Shown: positions 34,926 through 55,170 of the stretch, one piece after another
Numbering within the stretch: the stretch's first letter is position 1
How the letters are laid out: each line of letters opens with the position of its first letter
NCBI GenBank assembly: GCA_013239625.1
Contig: MU053933.1
Location: forward strand, 1,366,001-1,430,000
Reading direction: 5' to 3'
Length of the DNA stretch: 64,000 nucleotides
Source of the DNA: Lama guanicoe
Taxonomy: Eukaryota
Program-made: the position numbers and the translations under genes
The notes under the pieces: generated by a model
What the model was told of the DNA's origin: nothing
What the model saw: only the letters and a program-made list of their open reading frames with translations
Database searches by the model: none

Positions 34926-37459
34926 GTTCTGGGGGACTGCATCCCCTGGGCCCACCCCCACCCCCAACCTAGTCTTCAAACCTCAACCCAGTGGGACGGG
35001 GAGCCCCTGGCTTCTCACTCAACCTCTTGCCACTGGAAGAGGACACACTCGGTGAAGGAGGGAAGATGCCTTCCCCTCAGGTTTGACCAAAACCCCCAAA
35101 GCCTGCTGGGAAGCGGGGCTGGCCTGGAGCCCGTGACTTCATCTCAGCCTGGGGCCCCTCAAAGACGCGGGGGGCAGAGCTCTGTCACCTCGGCCTCCTG
35201 AGTGAGGTTTCTATTTTTCACAGAAATCACCTTCAAATAAATGAAACGATGATGATGAAAGAGGAGTGAGTCGGACTGAGCCCCAGGGGTCCTGCTTAGG
35301 GGAGGAACTGAACCTGCTCATCCCTGTTCTCCCTGCCCCACCCCAACCCCCGAGCCTCGCAATCTGCCCTCTGCTCTCACCACAGACAGAAGCCCCCAGA
35401 GCCAGGTCTGGAAAACTTCAGGTGGGCCCTTACAGAAACCTCCACCCCACGTACCCTTTTCAGGGCCACCCCTGGTGGTCATGCCACAGATGGCTGAGTT
35501 CACCCTGTGCTCATCTGAGATGCCCTGGTATCGTTCTGGAAGGAGAGCTAATCGGCCAACACACTTCCTCCCCACCCTCTCCAAGCCGCCGGTTCCTCTT
35601 AGGTCAGATTCGGTTCCCAGCTCTGAGCGGGGCGGCCCCTCACCCCCAGCCTGGAGCCCCCGCACTGCGTCCCCGCGTCTGCAGTCCCTGCCCCGCCCTG
35701 GGCTCCAGCGCACTGCCCCGTGGCCCAGCTGCGAAGGCGCCCCCAGCCCTGGGCGCCAGAGGCACACAGCTGGCACCCAGCACCTTTAGGGCGATGTCTC
35801 CTCTCGCCGCGGGAGTCAGCATTGTCAACAGCGGAGTGGAGACCAGGGCCAAGCCTGAGCCACCAGGTCCACTGGCCCTTCTCCCCTGGTGGACACGTGC
35901 CCTCTGGTCACAGGGCCCGGCTGTGCTAAGTGGTGCCGGAGGCAGCGAGTGCTCACCGGCCCGAAGGAGACCACGTCGTGAGGTTCTCCGTCCTGAACCC
36001 GGGGGGGGCCGACCCTGGCACCATAGCTGCAGAGCAGGGGCAGGCCCCGGTGTGTCCAGCAGCCCAGGCCACCCTCTGAGGCCTCCGCTGGTGCTCCCCT
36101 GGTGTCGGGCCCCCCGGCTCAGCCACACCTGCGTCAGGAAGGACTCGGCAGCCGTTGGGTCTGCAGTGGCCAGTGCTCTGGGCTACACCTGGATCCCGGC
36201 CAGAGGAGGGGCAGGGAGAAAATCTCAGAACCCCCGCGCGCCCATCGCTCAGAGGTGCGACCACGTGCTGCGGGACGTGCCAGAGGCCTGCTGGGCCCCC
36301 CACTCCCACCCCCACTGGGAACGGGCACCTCCACAGCACCAACACCTCGAGAGACGTGGGAGAAGGTGGGTTGGTCCCCAGCGAAGCTGTCGGGACCCTC
36401 AACACGCTGCGGGCCTCACCGAAACCCACGAGCGCTGGCCTCCTGCTCCTCGGCGGTGGGGCAGGTAGAGGGGTTTCCTGAGCGGATCTGTGAGGCCGGG
36501 TCGTTGTTCTGAGGTCTCTGCGAGGCTCCCTGGGCAGACTCCAATTTCCAACTCGGGAATCTCAGGAAGCTATTTAATAATCATCGTCGTCAGCATGGTG
36601 GCAGCACCCACAGCTCAGCTCAGAGGACTGGCCAGGGAGAGACCAGGGGCCTGTTCAGCCCACGGCTGCTTGCGAGGGCCGTCGCGTGCCCGCCCGCTCG
36701 GGGCACTGCTGGAGTCAGACGCGAGGCGGGGCCCCAGGAGGTGCTGAGCGCCTGGTTGAGGAGACAGCACACGCACGTCTAGTTTTCACCACGACGCTAG
36801 CACAGAAGCTGAGTGTGGCTGGAGGTCCAGACACGTTTTGCTTGCGTCCTGCCTGGTTTACAAGACCCTCCGTACCCAGCAGTAAACTGAGCTTCCCCTT
36901 GGTCTTCTAGAGGGCAAAGCCACGGGGTTCTGCGGCCGGGCTGGCCCCGCCCCCTCCTGGTGAGGGCGGGTGGAAACAGAGGCGCCAGGAACACGGAGCC
37001 AGCTCCAAGCCCCAGCAGGGGCAGTCACTCGGGGTCGCTGAGCTGCCCCTGGGGCACGTCTGACCCACCCTCCTGATGGAAGCCAGTCTCATCATGGTGA
37101 ACCACGGCTCCCGACTTAAGATGCCAAAACTGTTCTTCAGCGCACCCCCAAAGCCGCCGAGACGCCCCAGAAAGCAAGGAGCCATTTGCTGGGGAACTCC
37201 TTCCGATGGGCGTGAGGATCCCAGCCTCTCAGAACCCACGGGCTGCAAGAGAGGCCACCGTGCATAGGCCATCTGAAGGGCCCTGGAGTTTAAGCAGCAC
37301 ACACTGACACTCCTGGGGGGTGTGCAAAATTCTGAGCTTCCACGGGACCCCCGCAGAGCCCACCCCCACAGCAGCCTGGCTGCGCTGACCCCTCACCCGG
37401 AGCCTGCTCTCCAGGAGGAAGGTCCTCTCTCTGTCTCAGCATCTCTCCCTCAAACAATC

Positions 37460-38172
37460 CTTTTTCTTTTCACTTTGGTTCAATACATATAAAAGTTACC
37501 ATTTTTAAGTGAACATTTCAGTGGCACTGAGGACACTCACATTGCTGTGCACCCATCACTACCATCCATCTCCAGAATTTTCTGTCTCTCCCAAACTGAC
37601 ACTCTGCCCCCATCAGTCACTCACTCTCCCCACCTCCCCTAGGCCCCGGCCCTGACCCTCCTGCTTTCTGCCTGAGTCTGACTCTTCCAGGGACTGCATG
37701 TAAGTGGACGCAGCGTTTGTCCTTCTGTGTCTGCCTTATGTTACTGAACACAACATCCTCCAGGTTCGTAAGTGTTTCAGCCCGTGTCAGAACATCCTTC
37801 CTTTTTAAGGCGGAATAATATTCCATCCCGTGGCTGAACTACATTTTGTTTGTCCATCCATCCACCGACGGACACTGGGCTGCTTTGACAACTGGACTAT
37901 AGCGAATATGCTGCTATGAACACAGGTGCACAGGTATCTGTTGTGAGACCCTGCCTTCAGTTCTTTTGGGTCTTGGCCCAGAAGTGGGATTGCTGGATCA
38001 TATGGTGACTGGTTAACCTTTCAAGGACCTGCAGGACCGTTTCCCACAGCAGCTGCACCACTGTACTTTCCCATGAGCAAGGCACAGGGTTCCAATTTCT
38101 GCATCCTTGCAAACAGTTTATGGTTTTTGTTTTTTTTTTTTTTTGATAATGACCATCCTGATGGGAGTGAAG
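37460..38172 (-). mobile_element. Old L1 3' end (L1MB-like)
   Basis: accatttttaagtg...ttcagtggca, ccatcactaccatccatctccagaatttt and gaagtgggattgctggatcatatggt; minus ORF MEYYSALKRK. Confidence 0.85.
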
Positions 38173-38682
38173 ATGTTAAAGAAAGTTTTTTACCAAAAAA
38201 TACTTGGCAGGCTTCCGAATGAAGGGAACTCTGTTCTTTTAGGAGCTACGCCTGCCCTATTGCTAGAAGATGGTGAAGCCAACTCTAAAAGACCAGGAAA
38301 TAGTTTGGCTGTGAGATTCTTCCCAAGCCTGGATTTACACAGGTGGATTCGGAGAACATTCTGGGGGGAGAGGGAAGAGTGAGCGGTGCCCTAGGAGGGG
38401 AAGGACCAGCTGAAAACAGACCTGGTGTTAAGACATCAGTGGATTAGCAGGCCCTGCTGCCTGGGGAGGGGTCTGAGCTCCACTGCCCCCCGCCCACCAC
38501 CCCTGCCCAGGTCCCGACCACCGAGCGCCCGCTGCTCCTGCCGGGCGAGGGGCTTGTGCCTGTGGCTTAGGGGCTGAACGGGAGCAGGTACCTGACACTC
38601 AACGGACCTGGAGGAAGAGGCTGGAAGAAAGGTGCTCTCACGGAGAACAGAGGGGAGGGGTCAACGTTTCTTCCCCAAACAT

Positions 38683-38688
38683 TTTATT
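38683..38688 (-). terminator. Distal polyadenylation signal AATAAA of SIK1
   Basis: Plus-strand tttatt; U-rich sequence upstream on the mRNA strand; composition switches to GC-rich just beyond. Confidence 0.8.
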
Positions 38689-39009
38689 TAAATATTAAAT
38701 TAAAAAACATACATCTACTAGTCATTTGGCATACATTTCTCATGTTAACATAAGAAATAATTCAGTTATGGTAAAAAAAAAAAAAAGAAAAAGAAAATCC
38801 CAAACTATGTACATCTTAATCAGACCTCGCAGTGCCTTTGAACAGGCTCCTGTGTTCAGTCTGCAGGACACGCTGCCGAGAAACCTCCAGCACGCGCATT
38901 GCACACACCGGACACAAAACGGAACGCGACCAACGGCGAGAGAAATCCGCTGAGAGTAAAGTGCTTGCCACGGTTCTGAGGCCTTTGATCGACGGCGTTA
39001 GAACAGAGA

Positions 39010-39015
39010 TTTATT
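39010..39015 (-). terminator. Candidate proximal polyadenylation signal AATAAA
   Basis: mRNA-strand ctttAATAAAtctc; usage cannot be shown from sequence. Confidence 0.45.
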
Positions 39016-40543
39016 AAAGGGGGAGGCGGCTGCGGGGTGGACGGTGCCCCCGCGGAGCTGAAGGCCGAGGCCAGGGCCCAAGGCCCCCGTGCCCACCTGG
39101 CCCAAACCTTCCCTGCGAGCGACAGGAGGCTGAGGTGGCTTCTCTGCGGCCGGCGCCACAGAGTGTGCTGTCCCTGGAAAGAGCCACAGAGCAGGGGCGG
39201 CAGGGCCGGCAGGAAGAGGGTGGGAGCCTCCCTACCCTGGGGAGCTCGGCAATCTTTGGCTTCTACAGATGCCACCTGCTCGGGCAGCATCACCTCTGCC
39301 TAATACTGAGGGTCTCAGGAGCCAAAGGGGTGGAAGGCACCTAACTGGGTTCAGGGGGGGGGGAGGGGCAGATCTTCTTAGACGCTGACCGAGCCACCAC
39401 CTGAGTCCACCTGCCAGGTGGGCGCACCCCACGCCTCCCTCCTCCCAGCCCCACCTCCACGCTGACCAGTGCCAGCGCTCTGTCACGTTACCAGAGGGGA
39501 CAATTCAAACCAGCAACACAAAAATGTAGTAAAAAATATAAAAAATAAGTAGTGTACGTCTGTCTCCTATTTATACACATGTACAGTATTTGCTTTAAAA
39601 AAGGAACAAAGCTTGAACCGCACTGACCTCCCCTCATTTCCTAAAGCGAAAAGCCCACTAAGTGCGGGCTGGACAAGGTGGGCGTCCCCCAGTCACCACC
39701 GGCCCGAGGCTCCTCCCGGCCCGGCCCCACCCCACCGTCACAGAATCGCTGTATTGCACAACACCCTACCCCCGCCACCCCCCATCAGTTGTTCTTTTTG
39801 GACCCTGATAATGAAATGCATAAAAACTTAATTAGCAGCGGAAGTAAGAGGTGCAGGAGGAAGGAACTTCTCCGGCTTCCTCCAAGGCGCCCTGGGGCCA
39901 AGCTTTGTGGTCACCCTACCCACTCAGGCTCTCCTTTGCGGCCCCTCCGAAGAATCCTGGAAACCAACTCCCGAGCGGTTGGTAAACTGTCTCTTCCAAA
40001 TTAAGAAAAAAACCATCCTCCAGGTTGTGATTTCAGGGGAGAGAATTCCAAGAACCCGTAAGTTATTGTCTCTTGGGCTGGACGTTAGAGCTTTTCAAAC
40101 CCCGGTACGTAAAAGAGAAAGTTCACAGTTTTCAAGTGAAGCATAAATGTTTCAGAAGTGGAGAACTCTTACCCCAAAACACTACTCATCGACACGCACG
40201 CACACGCACACGTGATGGGGATGCGCTCACCCGCGTGCATGGATGCGGCTCACACCGGGGTCCCGGGCTGCGCGGCCGGCTGCGCCCCGCCACCCCCTCC
40301 CGCCCCGTCCTCCTGCCCCGGCAACGCGTCCCTGGACTATTAGTTTTCTTCGGAAAGCTTCCAGTCCCTACTCAGAGTTGCAGTTGCCCAGTGCAAGGAA
40401 AACATAAAACAAAAAACTAAAATGCCAAAACACCAATCGTATTGCTTGTTTCGCTTCTAGAAACTTATTGGCTTTGAGTCTGGGAACATCTTCACATCCT
40501 CTGAAATTATTGCTTCAGGAAGTCGGCTGGCCCACCAGGGCCC

Positions 40544-49537
<8,994 letters not shown>

Positions 49538-49538
49538 A

Positions 49539-49832
49539 NNNNNNNNNNNNNNNNNNNNNNNNNNNNNNNNNNNNNNNNNNNNNNNNNNNNNNNNNNNNNN
49601 NNNNNNNNNNNNNNNNNNNNNNNNNNNNNNNNNNNNNNNNNNNNNNNNNNNNNNNNNNNNNNNNNNNNNNNNNNNNNNNNNNNNNNNNNNNNNNNNNNNN
49701 NNNNNNNNNNNNNNNNNNNNNNNNNNNNNNNNNNNNNNNNNNNNNNNNNNNNNNNNNNNNNNNNNNNNNNNNNNNNNNNNNNNNNNNNNNNNNNNNNNNN
49801 NNNNNNNNNNNNNNNNNNNNNNNNNNNNNNNN
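49539..49832. other. Assembly gap (294 N) inside the CpG island
   Basis: N run. Confidence 1.
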
Positions 49833-49925
49833 GCCCGGTCCCGCCCCAGACACGCCTACACACGCGGCCCCGCCCACGGCGGCCCCGCCCACGCCGCCGC
49901 CGCCGCCGGACTGATACATCCCCAT

Positions 49926-50070
49926 TGACGTAGTTTTGACGCCAGAGCGACGCGCGGCCGAGTGCCAGGCGGAGGGAGAGCGGGAGATCGGGCCGTTGCC
50001 AAGAGACTGGCGGCTCTGACGCGCGAGCTGATGAGGCCGTCGCCATGGCGACCGCGGGGCGGTGACGTCA
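49926..50070. promoter_or_regulatory. CRE cluster of the SIK1 proximal promoter
   Basis: Full TGACGTCA at 50063-50070; TGACGTAG at 49926-49933; TGACGCCA at 49937-49944; TGACG at 50017-50021. SIK1 is an established CREB/CRTC target. Confidence 0.85.
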
Positions 50071-53000
50071 GGGGCGCCGGCCGCCCGAGGCCCGCCCGCC
50101 GGCGCCCGCGTTCCCGCCGGCGCGCGCCCCCTACCGGACGCCTCGGGCGCTGCGGACGACTTAACCCTTGCGTCCCCGGGCACGGGCTTCCCTCCTGCAC
50201 GCGCGCGTGGCCGCCTTGGCACCTGTCCGCCTCTTCCCGCACCCTCCCAACAGGCTTGGTTGTAGCGCGGTTCCGAAACCCGCAGAAGTGCAGCGCAGCT
50301 GCGGCTGCGTTCTTTTTGGAGGGTCCCCATTATCAAGGTCCTGGTCTCATGCAGTTTCCGTCGGCCTAGGAGACTGTTAGGGGAGTATCAGGTGGGGCTC
50401 CGGAGCCCTCAGCAGAACAGGGCCATGCGGGGTGCAGGTGACCGCAAGCCAGCTCCCCCGTCCTAGAGAGGAGCCGCCAACCACCAGGGACCCTCCGAGA
50501 GCACGGCACTGCGCACGTCGAGGACCTGGGCAGACCACCTTTGATCACTCGTGCTCTGTACGAATCTCAGTTGTCTAGTAAGTTAGGTACGTAAACACAG
50601 GTAGCCTGGTCAGCACCTGTGTAACCTGCCCCCACCCCCCGCGTCAGAGGGGCGCGGGGGCTGCGCAGCTGCTGCGAGCCCCCACGGCTGGGCGGGCTGT
50701 TTCCTCTGCCCTCGCAGCCTTGCGATGCCCCACCCAAGGTGGGCCGACAGAGCGGTCCGGCCCGCGCTGCCCATTCTCCATCAGGCCTGCAGGTCGGGAG
50801 CCAGCTGATGGCTGGAAGCAGTTCTGAGCCGTTTTTAAGGGAACCCACTTTAATGAAGGAACCCAGAAGGATGGAGAGAGGGAAAAGGCCCAGTGGGCTG
50901 ATTTCTGGAATGGCTGGAGGTCTAGGTGGAAATGACCTCCACTCACTGAGGTCCTCCGGGACGAGAGTTTTGGGAAACCCAGTTAACAACACCTCAAGAA
51001 AGGTCCTTTGACTAGGGTCTGTTCAGATGCTCTCTATGCAGACAACGAAAGGGCTCTGTCCCTTGGAGGGGTGGTCGGTCCCTTCCCAGAGGGCCAACAG
51101 GCGGTATCAGCAGTGGGCGAGGACATCACCCCCTGGCGAGACTGGACCCTGCAGGTGCGGTGGCCTGGTTAATTTGTCTGCCTCCTGGCTTTCCCCAGGG
51201 CTGCAGCACAGCAGTCGGGCGGGGACCTGTGTCCTTCAGGACCGAGGGCCTGCAGCCTGGTCTCCACTTAGCAGAAGGGGAGAGGATAATGAAGAGGGCA
51301 GCGAGGGGCAATTTCCCTCAGTATCACTGCTGACCTCACAGACCTTTACGCCTCACCAGAAAATAAAACATCTTCTAAGGGAAGGCCTAGGGTATAACGG
51401 ATGGTGTTTCTTTAACATTAGGAAGGCAGCACTTTGGGATTTAAATTGTGTCCAGCCCACAATCATTTTTCCTTACGTTGAATTCAAATATCACTTTAAG
51501 CGAAATGGATAGAGCTGAGAACCCTTCCTGGGAGGCTTCCGTGCGCGGGCAGCTGTCTGGCGAGGGCACAGGGCTGGAACTCGGACGATCCGGTGTCAGA
51601 TTGCAGGCCTGCAAACAGGCCCCGTCACCCCCTCCCTGGGCAGGTGTCGGTGGATTTAGCCTGTTTTGAGAGGCCTCTCGGGGGCACTAATGGCCTCAGG
51701 GGTTTCCTTAGTCTTTCGAAAGCGCCCTCATGTGCTGTCCCAGGCTCACCTGCAGAGAATTTGGGGGATGTTTTACTTCCTTCCAGCTGAGGAGTTTGCA
51801 ACCACTTTCCTCCCCTTCTAGGGGTCCCGGCACCCCACTAATCTCTTCCTAGGAGAATGAAGAACCAGGGACTGGAATGCACTCGCCTGCTGTCCCTCAT
51901 TTTGTGACTTAAACACTGCTCAGGCTTACCCAGGGGACATCCAGCACCCCCGCTCCTCCACCAGCCCCCTCAGTGCCTCCCCAGATCTAGCCCAAGTCTT
52001 TGGAAATGTCATAGATGTTTGCAAACACCTGGGTGGCTGCTTGGAAACGTTTTGTCAGCACTGAATAAAAACTGCAGCCAAGGGCCAAAACCGCCTTCTC
52101 AGAGAAGGGCCCTGGATCCAGGCTCACTTGACCCCGATCCCAGCCTTTCCTGGACATCCTACCATCTGAGCAGCCCTGCATGGGCTGTGACCATCCCCCA
52201 GCCCCTTGGGTGGGGACCCTGCCCTTCAGAAGATGCAGGCAGAGCAGAGGAAAGGGCTGTCATCTCCCGCCGTGGGGTTCCTCCCGGCACCCCCGTGGAT
52301 GTGTCTCTGATGAACCTCTGTTTCTGAGCACCTTTGGTTGTTTGTATCCTCAGCCCCTGAAGGCTGTGCTTCCTTCCAGAATCCTTGGTTTCTTTTCCAG
52401 TTTCTCATCTTCCATGCTTCGTTCATGTTACGAGGAAAAGAAAATACAACGCATGTGCGTCTGCAGGCGCGAACAGCCTGCTCGAGGAGCTCTACAGAGA
52501 GCGCAGTGCAAGGCGCTCTCAAAGCCTGCAGGACTGGGGTGTTTCGGTGTGTATATCCTTGCAGAGTCAGGGGAAACAGTAAGGCAGATGTCTTCTCCAT
52601 TCGGAATTTCTTCAGCCTGTCTTCTCACTGCCATGTTTCTGGAATTCATCTCCCCGTTTCTAGATCTTCAGCCTGGAGACCAGCCACAGGAAGTGGTCTC
52701 TTCAGCACTCACACGTTCCTGGCTAGGCACCCAAGGCCCTGAGCACAAGCACATCATAAAATCCTCAAAATACATGAATAAACACAGAGAACAAGGCTTC
52801 GAGGCAGCAATTACACAAGGCAGGGTCCTCAGTGTCCTAACCTGCTCCCCTCCGTGACTAAAGATGGGGGGACAGCAGCGCCCCTCTCCAGATGGCTTTC
52901 ACCTGGCCACCAAGAGCAAGATGAGGCGGTTTCCTTTCTTGATAGCCTCCTGCTCGGTCCCCAAGGCCCTCTGTGTCCTCCTGGCTTTGGTTCATTTGGT

Positions 53001-54309
53001 TTTGTGTGGTTTATTGGAGGCATCAGCCCGATAACTTCAGGTATCAGAAAGTAAGACCGGCCACCAGCAGCGTCCCAGGGACTCAGGGGCGGCCCTGGTC
53101 CCTTCTGCTGCCTGCTGTGTTTGCAGAGTGTGACACGGACATGCTAATAGACATGTGGGCACTGCATCTGGAAGTTATAGCCCCTGGCCTGGGGTCCAGA
53201 AAGTGGGAAAAAAGCCCAGCTCTCCACAGGCCAACTCAGGAGCTCCTCCGACGGCACCGCCTCCCACGCCACGGCTCCTGTGGGATGCGTTTTCTCCGTG
53301 ACTGCTGGGGGGATGGCCACGTTCCTCTGTCCAGACCCTCCACAGGCTGGGAGAGAGGGGATCCCTGGTCCTGGGGGTGTTGGGCTGGGAGTGGGGGCCC
53401 CGGGGGGTCTGAAGAGCCAGCCTTGGGACAGTCAGGGCAGATTTCCAAACACCGGGTTTCACACACACCAGGAGCTTCCCATTCATGGACCAGCTGGCCC
53501 CGGAACCCCAAGTTCTAGGCTGTCTCTCCCCACCTCTGTTCCAGTCACCAGTGAAGAAGCAGGTGTGGCTAAGGGGTGGCCGTGGCCGACAGTGCACCTG
53601 AGGACCCGACAGATCTGAGAGGGTCTGTCTCCCTGACCCGCATTCTGAAGACAGTTTTCTTAAGGAAGCTGGAGATGGGGCCACGGGAGGGCGAGGTGAG
53701 CGGCAGTGTCTCAGCGAGGACCCAGGTAGAGGCATCACGCTTACCAGGGGGCTCGCTGAGAAAAGCAATGTCAGAATTCCTGGCAGGGGTGGTCACGTGT
53801 CCTGGCGGCACCCGCGGATTAAACCGCTGTCCTCAGGTGGCGGGAAACAGCATCGGGAAACCCAAGGTTTTCCACCGTTTTCCCGGCGGCATCGGGCAGT
53901 CAGGGAGAAGAGCCCTGAGGCCTCCGCTCTGCGGAGGGAAGGCCCCAGGCGCTATGGCCTCGGGCTCCTGGCCGCCGTCCCGGGAGCCCGGTGGGGCCGG
54001 GGCATGGGCTTTCTGCCGGGGCCGCACAGAGCACCCCAGTTCCTTCTGGGAGATGTGAGACATCTGAGGGGTGTTCTCATCTGATCATGTCCAGGGCGTC
54101 CATGGGCATCAAGCATGGTGTCCTGTCCTCGTGTTACTCTTCGCTCTTTCCAAAAACGTGTGCATTTCTACTCTTTGCAAGACCAAGGCACTTCGTGAGC
54201 ATGGGTGAGTGTCGTGACAGGCAGATGGGCCAGCAGGGACCGTGGGAAGGGAGGGGGCAGGTCAGAGAGAGGCGAGACTGCCTGGCCAGAGCCGAGGAAG
54301 TCACCCAGC

Positions 54310-55170
54310 AGTGTCCACACAGGCTCGTGAAGCACCTACTGTGTGCACGCACTGTCTGGGGCTGTGAGCACAGTGGGAGGGGAACAGACAAGATGCCATC
54401 TCGCGAGAGGCATCACGCAGTTAAGCAGACAGACCATAAAGACAGGGTGATGGCGGGTAAGATGCTTTCAGAAGGCAGCAACTGAGAGGAAGAAAATGAA
54501 TCAGCGTGATGGACGGAGTGGCTTGGCAGGGAAAGCGGCCTTCCACGGGGGCTGCTCCCGTTTCCTCCGGAGGGAAGGCAGAGGGGGTGCACACAGGGCC
54601 AGGGGCGGGGGGATGGGGGCGGGGGTGCTGGAGGGCCAGCCGAGGTAGGAGAAGAGGAGAAGGGAGAGCCAGACCAGCTCCGAGCGGACAGGCAAAGCAG
54701 TGGGAGCTCTGGGCACCAGCTAAGGTCCGTTCACAAAGGCTTGCCCAAATGGTCGTGTGATTTTTCTCTGTGGTGCTTGGACGAGGACGGGTAAGTGGGT
54801 ATCTGGGCCTAACCGGGGTTGGGGCATTGCCAGGCAAGGATGCTAATGGGGAAGGAGGTGAAGATGAAGGGGAAGGAGTTTGGGGTGATGCCTGGCAGTG
54901 GGCACAGTCTGAAGTGTGGCTTCCAGGCTAGGGAGGAGGGAGCGAGGACAGGAAGCGGGGCTGAGGGTCCGTGGTGAGAGGCCCCAGCGGCGATGAAAGC
55001 TGAAGTGGTTTGCCCAGCCCAGACTTGGGGAGGAAGTAAAGGATCCCCTGTTCCGGGAGCAGGTTCTGGGGTGACCCGAGGGAGGGACGGACAGTGACAG
55101 AAAGGCCAGACCCCAGCTCCCCCTGTGGCTTCTAGACAGATCCCAGTCAATTTCATGAGATGAGTGGGAA
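54310..55170 (-). mobile_element. Degenerate L2 3' region
   Basis: agcacctactgtgtgcacgcactgtctggggct...gaacagacaagatgcc, typical of an L2 terminus. Confidence 0.55.

Larger units (their letters stand above)
38665..40543 (-). other. SIK1: SIK1 3' UTR (~1.9 kb; distal end approximate)
   Basis: Follows the stop codon, has U-rich blocks on the minus strand and ends at an AATAAA in an AT-rich block; cleavage site inferred. Confidence 0.8.

Noticed and set aside
35266..36468. 400-aa plus-strand ORF
   Set aside because: GTG start, low-complexity P/A/G/R composition, no domain or exon support
39570..39592. miR-200b/c site CAGTATT and Pumilio element in the 3' UTR
   Set aside because: CAGTATT is on the non-mRNA strand; mRNA-strand TGTATAAATA and TGTACATG do not match UGUAHAUA
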